The position numbers and the translations under genes are program-made. Shown here in pieces: positions 39,701 to 49,437 of a DNA stretch of 64,000 nucleotides. The notes beneath the pieces are model-generated. The model was not told where the DNA came from. It saw nothing but the letters and a program-made list of their open reading frames with translations, and did not search any database. Source of the DNA: Candidatus Obscuribacterales bacterium (GTDB taxonomy: Bacteria > Cyanobacteriota > Vampirovibrionia > Obscuribacterales > Obscuribacteraceae); contig CBDDIJ010000003.1 of the NCBI GenBank assembly GCA_965228855.1, forward strand, positions 2,368,001 to 2,432,000, written 5' to 3'. Position 1 is the stretch's first letter. Each line of letters starts with the position of its first letter.

Positions 39701-41386
39701 CTCGTTCCTCACGTGGCAGAAGAACTGAAGGCCTCCGAGTTCAAAGTCACAAGCAAAGGTCCTCTGACCTTGCGCAGTAAGGTGCAGGGAAGCTTTGATT
39801 ATCTTAAGGCACAATATTCTCTGATTGCAGACAAATCAGACAGAATGGTTGTGGAAGGCACTTTTGGCAAGATCTACCAACCGGTAGACACGCCCCTGAC
39901 GCTCGACGGTTTAATCAACATTGATAAAACCAAAGTCGATATCGGAGATACGCACCTCCTCGTAGGCGATACCCTAATAAGCGTAGAAGGTCAGGTTCGA
40001 TTCCCGGAAGCCTCAGCGGCGGCGGAAAAGAGCTCAACGACGAATAGCTCCAATGCACAGAGCGACTCGAAGAATATCTCCAGCGACTCAGAAGAAACAT
40101 CTTCGGTAGCGTCTGCGGAGCCAGGTTCGAAGGAAATAGACACCGCAATGAAACCGCCTGCTAAAGCAGGCAAACGCCCTCCGCCCATTGTTAAATTGAC
40201 CGTCAAAATTCCACAAAAATCTCCGGTCAAGGCGCTAATCGCCATGGTTGACCCGCCCCTCGCCAACGACATTAAAGGCACCATCAGCGGTTACGTCACC
40301 GTGGACGGTGACCTGCGAAATCCAAAGCTATTGAGTGACATAACCGTCAATGATCTCGACGCAAAGTCAATGAATATCACGGGTTTAAACGCTAGACTCC
40401 GGAGCGGCGGAGCACCGGATAAAGAAGGCGATGAACCACTCGAATCTACAGAGTCATTGCTTGAAGTTGATTCGGTCAAGGTGCGACAACTTCCAATCAC
40501 CAATCTGAAGGCTCATGTCGGTTTGATTCCCGGCAAGGGAGTCAACTCGACTCCGGTAATAAACATAGATCAAGGGCAGGCAAAACTTGCCGACGGCGCA
40601 ATGACATTTGAGGCCACTTTCGACCCCGTCGATAACAACATCTGGGCGAAAGCTTCATTTACAGACATCTCAGCAGCCCGTGTCGGGGACGAGCTCATAG
40701 GTCAACCTGATGAGATCAGCGGCAAGGGGCACGCAACAGTAGAAATCGTCACCAAGGGCGATGACTATCATCAGATGGTGAAAAATCTGAAAGGGCACGG
40801 CAACATTCAAGTAGAAGACGGTGTTGTAGCCCGCTTCTCCGACCTTCAGACCAGACTAACTCAATACAACTTAATTACTCAGGGCATCTTCGGGTTCAAC
40901 TTCAACAATCTCTTGCAGAGCGTTTGGCCGGTGCGATCCGGCGAGTTCAACACGTTAAACAACTCCTTCGCTTTCGAGGACGGACTGTTGAAAGTGGAAG
41001 AACTTAGATTTAGCGGAAAGGATATGCGCATCTGGGGAAGCGGCTATGCCAACCTCGAAAATAACCAGGTAAAACTGGAGATGGCAGGCAAAATTCCAAG
41101 GGTTCAAGGCAGCATGCTTGGAGGCTCGGTCGGCAACGCATCGCGAAACATAACTCTCCAGAAAGCGATGAAGATGCTGACGTTCGGCAAGCTTCAGAAC
41201 CTGCCGACGTTGCCGGTGCTCGGAGCAATTGCGACCGATAAGCCGCGCACCTTCATGTTCAATGTCGACTCCACGCTTGACAATCCAAAGACCATAGCGA
41301 GGTCTATCGAAAAGACTTTTAAATGGCTTGCTAATAAACCTGACGCAACGGCGCACCCAGTGCCGGGTTTGGTCAATCCCAACTAG
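36734..41386 (+). CDS. AsmA-family (TamB/YhdP-like) large periplasmic bridge protein
   Basis: N-terminal TM + RPYLEQRLSDALERQV, WNFDDL; long beta-rich body; C-terminal AsmA-like L.G.G.I.VEDG..F.FEDG. Confidence 0.82.
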   Translation: MQSGTQEISTPEQTVAPRPALYILRFLVSWLVSLVVVLAVTLLSDVNWSRPYLEQRLSDALERQVRLGKVTWALGLNGISVETKNLQINEITGEPFLSAAESEIGVSVLALLEHKIVVTFVRADKANIRLVKTSSDKWNFDDLLKPGPEIRLLQLTSAKLGLFDESADSKTHLAPINLEKVELKLNFPHKNRKRPFFLSFSLPSKGYSTTFELEGLGVGELEKWQSNQYSFKADAKRVNPRDVERLMKFITVPTTIDKDGKKVIASAGEERKRLAAMSGDAGKQALMAGERNSQLSGTAHKPATKSGAKSKSANKISAGKNSSKSMPASKTRQSKETVSPESKNVSTTIETVDGQVVSVDPKQKQLLANQAAEGLIELVKPIKGLFDFALQGDGTFDKGIKATFDTEADNVLVDHPTVGVINAGKTVAAVTASLSKDALSWQDLKLKMHGLEIHSSGEVSHWQEKEPGIKANLNGVVPDIGVLQDILVPKTDNAPSRGLSNLARDLKPARLSGRADIAIKIDGTTRSTNMTTSVKTYDLAIKEMLSKANQHFPILCAVGLSSQAKIQTDLKVENADRIDIINGKLIGPGTNLNASGWIDLKTNKSKLVVNGDRIQLRDTALGITTNEAAYKQIMGSLRLPGKNSFTLDGTANANATLTADGDRYLIDGKLKLNDAAFALKDNSLKLNHVNGNVLFTQNNSAGHMTLSGFTGQMGDGHFQMDGKLSLAHTPVLDTTIHATRFDLKHLATLMKIFQIQIPVLTEHQLYGRVKDVVLKVSGTAFNPKIFFSAVPDDLYYQPPGLAKPLRAKAGVIVYDNDQLILREVALVTNNKTIVTSLTMDRVSKDASLSRVKMKTDSIELADLNYYLSSTAMPPPLRKAYHDFLAQYKISGMHGRSYGDILCLISPKGDVTFDGLVGLYKAGATVSGFPLTKLEGIFAASGDQLLLQDVSGFLRGSKFSLDGYIDKYKSKNPTWRAEVAATLAPRELLELVPHVAEELKASEFKVTSKGPLTLRSKVQGSFDYLKAQYSLIADKSDRMVVEGTFGKIYQPVDTPLTLDGLINIDKTKVDIGDTHLLVGDTLISVEGQVRFPEASAAAEKSSTTNSSNAQSDSKNISSDSEETSSVASAEPGSKEIDTAMKPPAKAGKRPPPIVKLTVKIPQKSPVKALIAMVDPPLANDIKGTISGYVTVDGDLRNPKLLSDITVNDLDAKSMNITGLNARLRSGGAPDKEGDEPLESTESLLEVDSVKVRQLPITNLKAHVGLIPGKGVNSTPVINIDQGQAKLADGAMTFEATFDPVDNNIWAKASFTDISAARVGDELIGQPDEISGKGHATVEIVTKGDDYHQMVKNLKGHGNIQVEDGVVARFSDLQTRLTQYNLITQGIFGFNFNNLLQSVWPVRSGEFNTLNNSFAFEDGLLKVEELRFSGKDMRIWGSGYANLENNQVKLEMAGKIPRVQGSMLGGSVGNASRNITLQKAMKMLTFGKLQNLPTLPVLGAIATDKPRTFMFNVDSTLDNPKTIARSIEKTFKWLANKPDATAHPVPGLVNPN

Positions 41387-41528
41387 CGAATCGGCAATTC
41401 CGTTCAGGCTCATCTTGATACGGCGCGTTCGCAGTTATCAGATCCAAACTTGCCATCACATATGACACTAGCGCCACCGGCGGTGGCACACAATTGCTTT
41501 TATCAAAGAGCTGTGTATTATATATGTC

Positions 41529-42941
41529 ATGAGCACAATTGAATATCCCTCTCCGGCGGGCGGTCAGGCCCGACGCGAAGTCGTGCGTTCGGCTTCTGAT
41601 GCGTCGGTGAATGTACCCGAGGCACCAGCTTCGGTGGCAATCTCCCTCTCCTGCGGACAGATCTCTGTCCCCTCGCTCACCGGTCAAGGAAGCACCGAGT
41701 CCAATAAGGACGGAGCTTTGCCGTCGACTATCTCAATAGTCTCGGCCGGCATGCCATCCACATCGACGCCGAGTATCTCGGCAGGCTCGGGCACGCTCGA
41801 CTTCACTCCGGTCGGACGGCAGGGGGGTATTAGAAACGCCTTCGCACAAGAGTCGGCAACGGTCGCTCCCGAAAAACAAAACGCGGGCAATTTTGAACCC
41901 GAAGAGTTGCCCAGGGGAAAGACGGGGGCTCGAACGAAGAAGCAACCGCAAACCAGACCGGAAAAACTGTTTAAGTCTTACATAAATTATGTCAGGCTGG
42001 AGCGAGCGCTATCACCAAATACGGTGGCTGCTTACAGACGTGATATTACCGCCTTCCTTCAGTGGGTGAAACAAAATCGCAACTTGAATGAAGAACTGCC
42101 CACCAGGCAGGACATCTCAGACTTCCTTGCCTACAGGCGCAAGAAAGGGGATCGTTCAACATCATGCGCGCGCACTTTAGCAAGTTTACGCGGGTGGTTT
42201 AGTTGGCTGAAAGATTCCGGTTTCGCGAACAGTGATCCATGCGACGCAGTTCACAATCCGCAGAGGGGTAAGCAACTACCGACGGTGCTGTCGTCTGGCG
42301 AAATCTCGCGAATGTTATCCAACGCGAGATCCAAGAAAGAAATTGCCGTTCTGGAAATGCTTTATGGCGGCGGTCTCAGGGTCTCGGAGTTGGTAGGTCT
42401 TAATACAACAGACGTGAACCTGGAACAGGGTTATCTAAAATGCCTGGGTAAAGGCAGCAAAGAAAGAATCGTTCCCATTGGACGCGCAGCGATGAAAGCG
42501 TTGAGAGAATACATGGATGAGGAGCGCGCAGCGGCAGCGGCGCTTGCAGCTAAACCCGTGAAGGCAAAGCGCGGTCGCAAGCGATTAGTGACGGCTGTTT
42601 CTGAGGAACAGAAGGGTGAGCCGGTGTTCCGCGACAAAAATGGAGCGCGATTGAGTCGTCTGGTGGTCTGGCAAATAGTGAAGCGCATCGCCGAGAAGGC
42701 AGGAGTGACCAAATCGCTTTCGCCTCACACTCTGAGGCACAGCTTCGCCACTCATCTTCTCGAAAACGGCGCCGACCTGCGTTCCGTTCAAGAGTTACTT
42801 GGTCACGCCAGCGTGGTCACTACACAGCTTTATACGCATGTTAGCCGGCAGCACTTAAAGAAAGCATACGAAAGCGCTCAAAGTCAGTTCGTAAACACGC
42901 TTCACCCAGACGGCATCTCTGCGCCTTTCGCCAATCAATGA
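41529..42941 (+). CDS. xerD: Site-specific tyrosine recombinase XerD-like
   Basis: LSPNT..AYRRD, LEMLYGGGLRVSEL, GKGSKER and HTLRHSFATHLLENGADLRSVQELLGHAS..TTQLYTHV; start uncertain. Confidence 0.85.
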   Translation: MSTIEYPSPAGGQARREVVRSASDASVNVPEAPASVAISLSCGQISVPSLTGQGSTESNKDGALPSTISIVSAGMPSTSTPSISAGSGTLDFTPVGRQGGIRNAFAQESATVAPEKQNAGNFEPEELPRGKTGARTKKQPQTRPEKLFKSYINYVRLERALSPNTVAAYRRDITAFLQWVKQNRNLNEELPTRQDISDFLAYRRKKGDRSTSCARTLASLRGWFSWLKDSGFANSDPCDAVHNPQRGKQLPTVLSSGEISRMLSNARSKKEIAVLEMLYGGGLRVSELVGLNTTDVNLEQGYLKCLGKGSKERIVPIGRAAMKALREYMDEERAAAAALAAKPVKAKRGRKRLVTAVSEEQKGEPVFRDKNGARLSRLVVWQIVKRIAEKAGVTKSLSPHTLRHSFATHLLENGADLRSVQELLGHASVVTTQLYTHVSRQHLKKAYESAQSQFVNTLHPDGISAPFANQ

Positions 42942-43233
42942 TCAAAATTTAATACTGTCTTTAACATCTGACTATCTCTTATGCGATAACTTTAGGTGAG
43001 ACTTTCGTCTGAAGTCCGATTTGGGAGCGCTAAAGCAAGCTCTTGCATGACCTCCCCGTCTCAGTGTTTCACGAATCATCAACGAATCTGGCGACTCGAA
43101 AAAAGACGCGAAAAGGTTCGATGGCACACGAACAGTGCCCGACTCGATGCCCAAGTGTTCGCTGCAAACGAAAGTTAGTGTCCACATCAACGGTTTCCTC
43201 GCGAAACAGACACCAATACGAGATTCACATCGA

Positions 43234-44370
43234 ATGCGAAAAACAACTAAAGTGACCGGTACGAAGATCGCTCAGGCCGCCAAGGATTTGAACGTGACGA
43301 GCGTCACCATCCGCCGCTACATCAGCGAATTCAACATCGAAACTACGACCGACGAAAATGGTATCAAGGTTCTTCCTGAGTCAGCAATGGACGAACTTCA
43401 GGAAGTTCGCAGACTTAAGGAAGAAGGCAACACCAATCCTCAAGTCCTAGAATTCCTCGAAGAACGACGCGCCAGCGGCGGCGGCGCAGAGAAAGCCGAA
43501 GCAAAACCTGAAAAGGAAAAACCAAAAGCCACTCGCGCCAAATCCTCTGCCAAGAAGGAGAAAGCAGCGCCAGCGGCTGAAGACGAAGAAGAGGAAGAAA
43601 CTCCCGAAGTAGTCGAAGCGGAGGAAGAAGAAGTTCCTCAAGCCAAACAAGCGAGACGCCGTCCAGCGGCGAAGAAAGAGAAAGTTCAAGAAGCCGAAGA
43701 GCAAGAAGCGCCGGAAGAAGTCGAGGCGGAGACAGAAGATGTCGAAGGTTCGGAAGGCGAAGCACAAGAGGGTGGCGACGGGCGCTTGAAGCACTCGCTC
43801 ACCTGTCAAACTTGTGGGAAGACTTTCGAGCACATGAACCCGCGCCTGAGAGACTGCCTGGACTGCTACCGCGCAAAGCGCAAAGAGCGTCGCCGTGGCG
43901 GAGACAGACATAAAAACGTCATTCAGCATCCCCTGGCGCAGCAAGTCGTCAGCAAAATGGCGAACCAACAACAGCAGCAACAACAGCAGGAGCAACAGGA
44001 CGAGCATCCTGCAGCCGCATCTGCTGCCGCGTCGTCAGCGCCCGTTCAAAGACGCGCACCGAGCGCACCGCAACAGCAACAACGCCGCGATAGAAGCAGA
44101 GATCTCACCTCGATCCCATCTCAAAATGTGGGCGTAACACAGCCTGTGATAGGCGGCTTGAAGACTCAAGTGCGCAGCTACAGAAAAGCAATCGAAGAAA
44201 CGAGACAGATTACTGGTTCCTTGAAGCGCCGACTCGAGCGCCCGGATCTACCGGAAGGCGATCGTCGTTGGCTAGAGCAAATCTACGCTTATCAGTTGAT
44301 CTTGCACCAGGGATGGCGCCACCTCTCTGAGTACAGAGCGCAAACCAACCAGCAAAATAAAGAAGACTAA
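43234..44370 (+). CDS. MerR/RacA-like HTH protein with acidic linker, Zn ribbon, polyQ and C-terminal helices
   Basis: IAQAAKDLNVTSVTIRRY HTH; CQTC...CLDC; Q-run; likely ATG 43234. Confidence 0.8.
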   Translation: MRKTTKVTGTKIAQAAKDLNVTSVTIRRYISEFNIETTTDENGIKVLPESAMDELQEVRRLKEEGNTNPQVLEFLEERRASGGGAEKAEAKPEKEKPKATRAKSSAKKEKAAPAAEDEEEEETPEVVEAEEEEVPQAKQARRRPAAKKEKVQEAEEQEAPEEVEAETEDVEGSEGEAQEGGDGRLKHSLTCQTCGKTFEHMNPRLRDCLDCYRAKRKERRRGGDRHKNVIQHPLAQQVVSKMANQQQQQQQQEQQDEHPAAASAAASSAPVQRRAPSAPQQQQRRDRSRDLTSIPSQNVGVTQPVIGGLKTQVRSYRKAIEETRQITGSLKRRLERPDLPEGDRRWLEQIYAYQLILHQGWRHLSEYRAQTNQQNKED

Positions 44371-44387
44371 TAGCTTCGAATCCATTC

Positions 44388-44420
44388 AAAAAAGGAACTA
44401 GCCGAGCTAGTTCCTTTTTT
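44388..44420. terminator. Bidirectional intrinsic terminator
   Basis: Perfect 15-bp inverted repeat AAAAAAGGAACTAGC-CGA-GCTAGTTCCTTTTTT. Confidence 0.9.
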
Positions 44421-44473
44421 CTTGTCCGTTTAACTTTGGTAGCATCGCTGAACGCAACGCTCGAATGCAGTTG

Positions 44474-44785
44474 CTATGCGGTCGCGCTGGTTTTGACCGT
44501 GTCGGCTTCGGCCCTCACATCCATATAGCAGGCACGACAATAAACTGGTCGCAATCCATTCGGTTCAAATGGAACCGTTGCAACTGCACCACACTTGTGG
44601 CAGTTGGTATCGTGAAGCTTTTCGAGATTATCACCATTCCTACGAAGACGCGCTGTCAGTCGACAATTCGCACATCGCTTGGGCAGGTTGGTAAAGCCCT
44701 TTTGTGCGAAAAACATTTGCTCTTCTTCTGAGAACAAAAACAGCTTTTTGCATTCGTGACAAACTAAGTTCTTTCCGCTGTACAT
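44474..44785 (-). CDS. Zinc-ribbon / CxxC-x17-CxxC domain protein
   Basis: CHEC..F.FS.EEQ.FF..KGF.N.PKRC..C and CHKCG...VPFEP...RPVYCRAC; ATG 44785 with GGAGG RBS. Confidence 0.88.
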   Translation of the reverse strand: MYSGKNLVCHECKKLFLFSEEEQMFFAQKGFTNLPKRCANCRLTARLRRNGDNLEKLHDTNCHKCGAVATVPFEPNGLRPVYCRACYMDVRAEADTVKTSATA

Positions 44786-45276
44786 CTGCACCTCCGCGCT
44801 GGCTTCCAGGTATCGTCCAACTCGGTTAGGGGATACTAATTCACTGCACTGATCGAACAATGCACACTTCCAACGTAGCAAATTCCCTGAAAACCGTACA
44901 GACACTATCTTCCGGACTCTACAGTTTCACGCACGAAAGTAATGTGTGGTGTCAAGGTTTCACAATGACACACTCAGATGAAAAAATATTGCTCTCCGAA
45001 TGAAGAGGAGATGTTATCAGCGCACAAAAGCTGCAACTCACATCCGCGTAACTAACACTCGCAGATGAAACAGAAATCGAAGCCAGAACTCGTTGTTGTT
45101 TTAGTGCTAAGCGCATTCGACATCCGTTTCGAATATGACACTTTAGCGGCTCCACCGCCGACAGATGTTATTCCGCAACCTTCTTCGAAGAGCGCATCAT
45201 ATGCGGTGGCACTCCTAGTTTGCAATGCCTTGCTTTTTCATACGGCAATTTACTTCGGGCGGAATTCTTTGGAACT

Positions 45277-47568
45277 CTACAATAGCGCATCACAGCTCGC
45301 TTTGCAGACCTTAGCCTCCGAAGCAAAACCCTCCATGTCGTTGTAAGCATTGAAGGCTTCAAAGTAGAAGCGGCGCGCACGATCTTTATACCCAAGCAAC
45401 AATGCTGCGTCAGCGAGAGCGTTTGCTGTTTTCGCAGCATGAACTCCGTAGGGCGCCTGGTTTCGATCTGGCTTCGACGCCCTGGAGTAGTGGTAGGTTG
45501 CTTCTTCTTTTTTTCCTTCAGCCGCCAAAGCGATTGCCAACAGGACAGTCGGATAGTTGACAAAATTAACATCGACTGGAGAATAATCGTCATTGGGGTT
45601 AGTAGGTTGGCTCAAATACTGTTTAAGCAGAACCTCAGCCATTGAGTATTTTTTCTTTCTGATCAGGAGAGACGCCTGATCGCAAATCGCCTCAAGAAAA
45701 AACTTGCCACGCTCTGACCCAGGACGCCAGTTGCTTGTGAGAAGGCGAAGCATCTGAGCAGCTTCAACACATTTATCCTGAGCAATGAGATTTCTTGCCA
45801 ACAACCACCTCGCTACACAAACTTCGTCCGGCGAATTGACTTTGCTCTCGATAAGTTCGTTGAGCATCCGAGCAGACTCCTCGTGTTGCCCTTGCAATCC
45901 CTTAATCCGTGCCATGTTCCGCTTAACGATAACTTCAAAGGCGGGTTCAAGGTCTAAGGAATCCGTTCGCTCGAGGAGAAACTTCGCACGCGAAGGCATT
46001 CCCCTGAAAATCAACGCAGTCGCAGCTCGATTTAAATATGGGCCAAGTTGTTCCCGAGTTTTCGTCGACTCAAGGTCTCTAACATAAGGTTCAAGAGCCT
46101 GTAAAACCTCTTCGCTGGGAAAATACACCGACGAGTAAATCTTGCGAGACGCATCCAGACGTTCAGTTAGATTCCGCGCTTCAAGGGCCTTCTTCTCGCT
46201 AGCTAAATTTTTCTCTGTCAATTTGACCTTTTCGGTCATTCCCAGCTTTCCATAAATTACTTTCAATCGTTGCAACACGAATGCATCGTTTGGCAAGCGC
46301 TTCTTCACGCCTATAAAACCAATGTATTCAGAGGGACCAAGCTGCTCGCCCGACATCAGTCCCTCATCTGCCTTCTCGTAGTATCCGCGGGCAGTTTCAA
46401 GACTGCCTTTATTCTCATAAATCTGGCCTAAAAGCGCATAAGCTATCGCTCCGTAGTGATAGAGATCTGCCCGAGTCGGCGAATCCAAAAACTCGACCAC
46501 TTCCAACAAGCGATGCTCTGCATCAGCAACTTCTCCGTCTAAAATGTCTGCATGCGCCAGCGAAACTTGAGCACACTCGTAAAGAGACTCGCACTCTGGT
46601 CTCGCTTTGGTCAGCTGCACAACTTCATCGAACTTCCTCTTCGCGACGTCCCTCCGACCAGCCTCCAGGTAAGCCCAGCCCGTATACAACATATCCGGGA
46701 CAAACAACTGAGGCTCAACATTAAGAGCCTTTCGGTAAATTCTCTCCTGCTGTTCACAAATAGAACTAAGAGAGGCAAGGTCGCCCTTCTCTACCAAAAC
46801 ATTTATCGCACCCTCGACGTCCGGACAGTCGCCCGAATCGTAAATGGATAAAGTCGTTTCAACGGCTCTACGGACTAACTTCAGGTCGTCTCCATCGCGC
46901 ACTTTAACGAGGGGAGAAACCATTTTAGTCAATGCCTCCTTCTGTAGCGATAGCTCCGCTGGCTGCATACTTTGTGCTATGTCGAGGGCGCTAGCAAGTT
47001 GCTTAAGATTGTGCGAGTGCGAATAGTCTGCTTCTTCGCTTAGTACAACCAACGCTCTCGCCTTCGCTCGTTTTTCTTCGTTCGAAGTTGCCTGAAAGGC
47101 GACGACTTCGGAAGTCAGTCGACGAGCAGCCCCAGAAGGATGCTCGGCAAGTCGCTTCCAGATCGTCACGACCAGTTCCATATCAGCTGCGGACTTTATA
47201 TTGATCCTTTGAAGAATTTGAGCATCACAATAGTTTCGAAGAAGGGTTGTCTGACGAGACGAAAGAACCGGGTTATCACTGAGGGAGCCATCTTCTATTT
47301 TTCCGATTTTGAGAAGAAATGCGACCTGGTCAGAGATAGGAACCTCGCGCAAGTCGGCTAAACAAATTGCATCTTTCATTTTCTCCACGGCAGCCTCTGA
47401 CTGACCAGCGTGCTCCAATTCGAGCACTGAATTTCCAATTTCGACTACATCGCCCGGAAGAGCGTTTAAACAGAACGCCGGCGGAGACAGCAGAAGGCAT
47501 ACTATTGAAAGGATGAAGAAATACCGGAATAACATGAGCGACACTCCAACTAAAGCCGAGGAATTCAT
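45277..47568 (-). CDS. Secreted TPR-like helical repeat protein
   Basis: Signal peptide; many Ala/Leu-rich TPR-like helices. Confidence 0.72.
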   Translation of the reverse strand: MNSSALVGVSLMLFRYFFILSIVCLLLSPPAFCLNALPGDVVEIGNSVLELEHAGQSEAAVEKMKDAICLADLREVPISDQVAFLLKIGKIEDGSLSDNPVLSSRQTTLLRNYCDAQILQRINIKSAADMELVVTIWKRLAEHPSGAARRLTSEVVAFQATSNEEKRAKARALVVLSEEADYSHSHNLKQLASALDIAQSMQPAELSLQKEALTKMVSPLVKVRDGDDLKLVRRAVETTLSIYDSGDCPDVEGAINVLVEKGDLASLSSICEQQERIYRKALNVEPQLFVPDMLYTGWAYLEAGRRDVAKRKFDEVVQLTKARPECESLYECAQVSLAHADILDGEVADAEHRLLEVVEFLDSPTRADLYHYGAIAYALLGQIYENKGSLETARGYYEKADEGLMSGEQLGPSEYIGFIGVKKRLPNDAFVLQRLKVIYGKLGMTEKVKLTEKNLASEKKALEARNLTERLDASRKIYSSVYFPSEEVLQALEPYVRDLESTKTREQLGPYLNRAATALIFRGMPSRAKFLLERTDSLDLEPAFEVIVKRNMARIKGLQGQHEESARMLNELIESKVNSPDEVCVARWLLARNLIAQDKCVEAAQMLRLLTSNWRPGSERGKFFLEAICDQASLLIRKKKYSMAEVLLKQYLSQPTNPNDDYSPVDVNFVNYPTVLLAIALAAEGKKEEATYHYSRASKPDRNQAPYGVHAAKTANALADAALLLGYKDRARRFYFEAFNAYNDMEGFASEAKVCKASCDALL

Positions 47569-47607
47569 AATAACTTCGGTGATAAGATTGAGCTATCCGC
47601 CATTGGA

Positions 47608-49326
47608 ATGACAATTATGAACGTGAAGCAAATCGCTGTTCTAACTTTATTCATCAGTCTATCGTTTTCAATCTCATCAACTCTGCCTGCTGACGCCAAA
47701 AACTTGGTAGGTCTATGGAACACAGCAGGCAAGAATGTTTTGCCCCTCGAGTACGACGAAATCAGGCGAGAATCAAATAAGTTTTTCGCGTATAAATCCC
47801 AAGCTGTGGACAATGGAAAAATCATTTGGACAAGAACAGAAGTAGCTCCCGATGGTCAAATCGGAAATCCGCTACTGTCAGAACCGCCACAAAATCCTAC
47901 AACGCCGTCACAATCTAATGTGAAACCGCCGGAAGGCTGGAACGTCCAATCACGTTACGATTTCGGTTATTCGGTATCGAACAATAAGGGACAGCGAGGA
48001 TTCGTAGACGCAAGCGGCAAGTTGCTGGTGATACCAGATACGATGACTTCAGCGGAGCCGATAGGCCCCGGACTTTTTCTCAATCAAGTTTACCGAGACA
48101 ATTCGGAGCCAATCGCCCAGCTTCTCGATTCAGACCTCAAAGTCATATCTGAGATACCCAAAGACTTGGAAGTCTCAGGTGAATACTATAGAGACGGTCT
48201 GCTGATGGTTCGCACCAAATCCGGTATCATCGCCTTTCTCAATACGAAAGGCCAATATCAGATTAAACCAAGCGCGATTACCGCTGCAAGAAAGTTTATC
48301 AATGGCTTCTGCGAAGTTAAATTAAAAATACATGGACAATCAGCGGTCGCGATTATCGATAAGAACGGGAAGATCGTTGCCGGACCTTTTGAAGGAGCAG
48401 GTTTTCACAGACGTGATGACGACGATCAAGTAGTTGTTGAATTCAGGCGGAACAGAGCCGGAGTGATCAGCGTATCCGGCAAAGAGATAATTCCCTTCGA
48501 ATACGACTCCATGAGCGAACATGACGGGCTCTACGTTGGACGCAAAGACGGACATTGCATTATTTTCTCGCACGAGGGCAAAGTGCTAGTCAGCTTCGAG
48601 AACAGCATTACGTCGGTCGTACCCAGCGGTAAATACATCATCTTTAGTCGGAACATCGACACAAAAGGCATAACTGAATCGGCACAGTCAGCCTCGCATC
48701 GCCAGATCCGAACAGGAGTGATGAGGTGGAACGGCCAGGTCATAATACCCGCTCAATTCGAGCGGACAGGTTCAAAAATTCAGGACGGTTTACTTCTGAC
48801 TTATAGCTCTGAGAAATCAATCACAAAGACCGGAGTTGTTAACGTTGAGACCGGCAAGGCGGTCATACAGCCAATCGCTGGGACAGTCACTATAGAAGAT
48901 GGCTACATAATGGTCAGCATGCGAAACAATGTATTTGATGCTGCAGAATTTAAACAGAAGAAAGGTCGCGCGGCTTGGTCCGACTTCCTCCAGACATATA
49001 ACTTGATTGGCATGCGAAAGTCAAAGATTGAGTTTTTGCTGGGCAAGCCGGATAGCGGATATGTTGAAACAGGAAAGAGCCAGTACGGTCGTTACGGACT
49101 GGAATGCGGTTACTGCCTCAACACTTGGCGGGGAGTAGATATCGAATACGACTCAAAGAATAAGGCGATCGGCTGGCGCGAAGTCGAGCGCTCTACTCCC
49201 GACGAATGGCACCGGGATAATGTCGTTATGATCCATTCAACTATCGGTGGAAATCTACGGACCGTACCCAAGAGAGACGCAAAAACGTTTCTTCTGCGAC
49301 AGCCGAAATCGGTGAGATCGACCTGA
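47608..49326 (+). CDS. WG-repeat secreted protein
   Basis: Repeats G(L/F/V)(W/V/I)(N/D)..G..(V/I)(L/I)P.(E/Q)(Y/F)D; C-terminal LIGM..SKIE.LLGKPD. Confidence 0.8.
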   Translation: MTIMNVKQIAVLTLFISLSFSISSTLPADAKNLVGLWNTAGKNVLPLEYDEIRRESNKFFAYKSQAVDNGKIIWTRTEVAPDGQIGNPLLSEPPQNPTTPSQSNVKPPEGWNVQSRYDFGYSVSNNKGQRGFVDASGKLLVIPDTMTSAEPIGPGLFLNQVYRDNSEPIAQLLDSDLKVISEIPKDLEVSGEYYRDGLLMVRTKSGIIAFLNTKGQYQIKPSAITAARKFINGFCEVKLKIHGQSAVAIIDKNGKIVAGPFEGAGFHRRDDDDQVVVEFRRNRAGVISVSGKEIIPFEYDSMSEHDGLYVGRKDGHCIIFSHEGKVLVSFENSITSVVPSGKYIIFSRNIDTKGITESAQSASHRQIRTGVMRWNGQVIIPAQFERTGSKIQDGLLLTYSSEKSITKTGVVNVETGKAVIQPIAGTVTIEDGYIMVSMRNNVFDAAEFKQKKGRAAWSDFLQTYNLIGMRKSKIEFLLGKPDSGYVETGKSQYGRYGLECGYCLNTWRGVDIEYDSKNKAIGWREVERSTPDEWHRDNVVMIHSTIGGNLRTVPKRDAKTFLLRQPKSVRST

Positions 49327-49437
49327 CGAATCGATCAAAGCGAATACCTGAGGGGCGCAGAGAAGTGAACCCATCCGCGGACTCCTGAAGTCATCGTTTT
49401 TGCTACTATGGGTGTATTCGCAGCTATCTAACTCTTC

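Noticed and set aside
42960..42985. dif-like half-sites TTTAACAT and TTATGCG just after xerD
   Set aside because: They are 11 nt apart instead of the 8 required by the 28-bp dif geometry, and the inner AA is missing.
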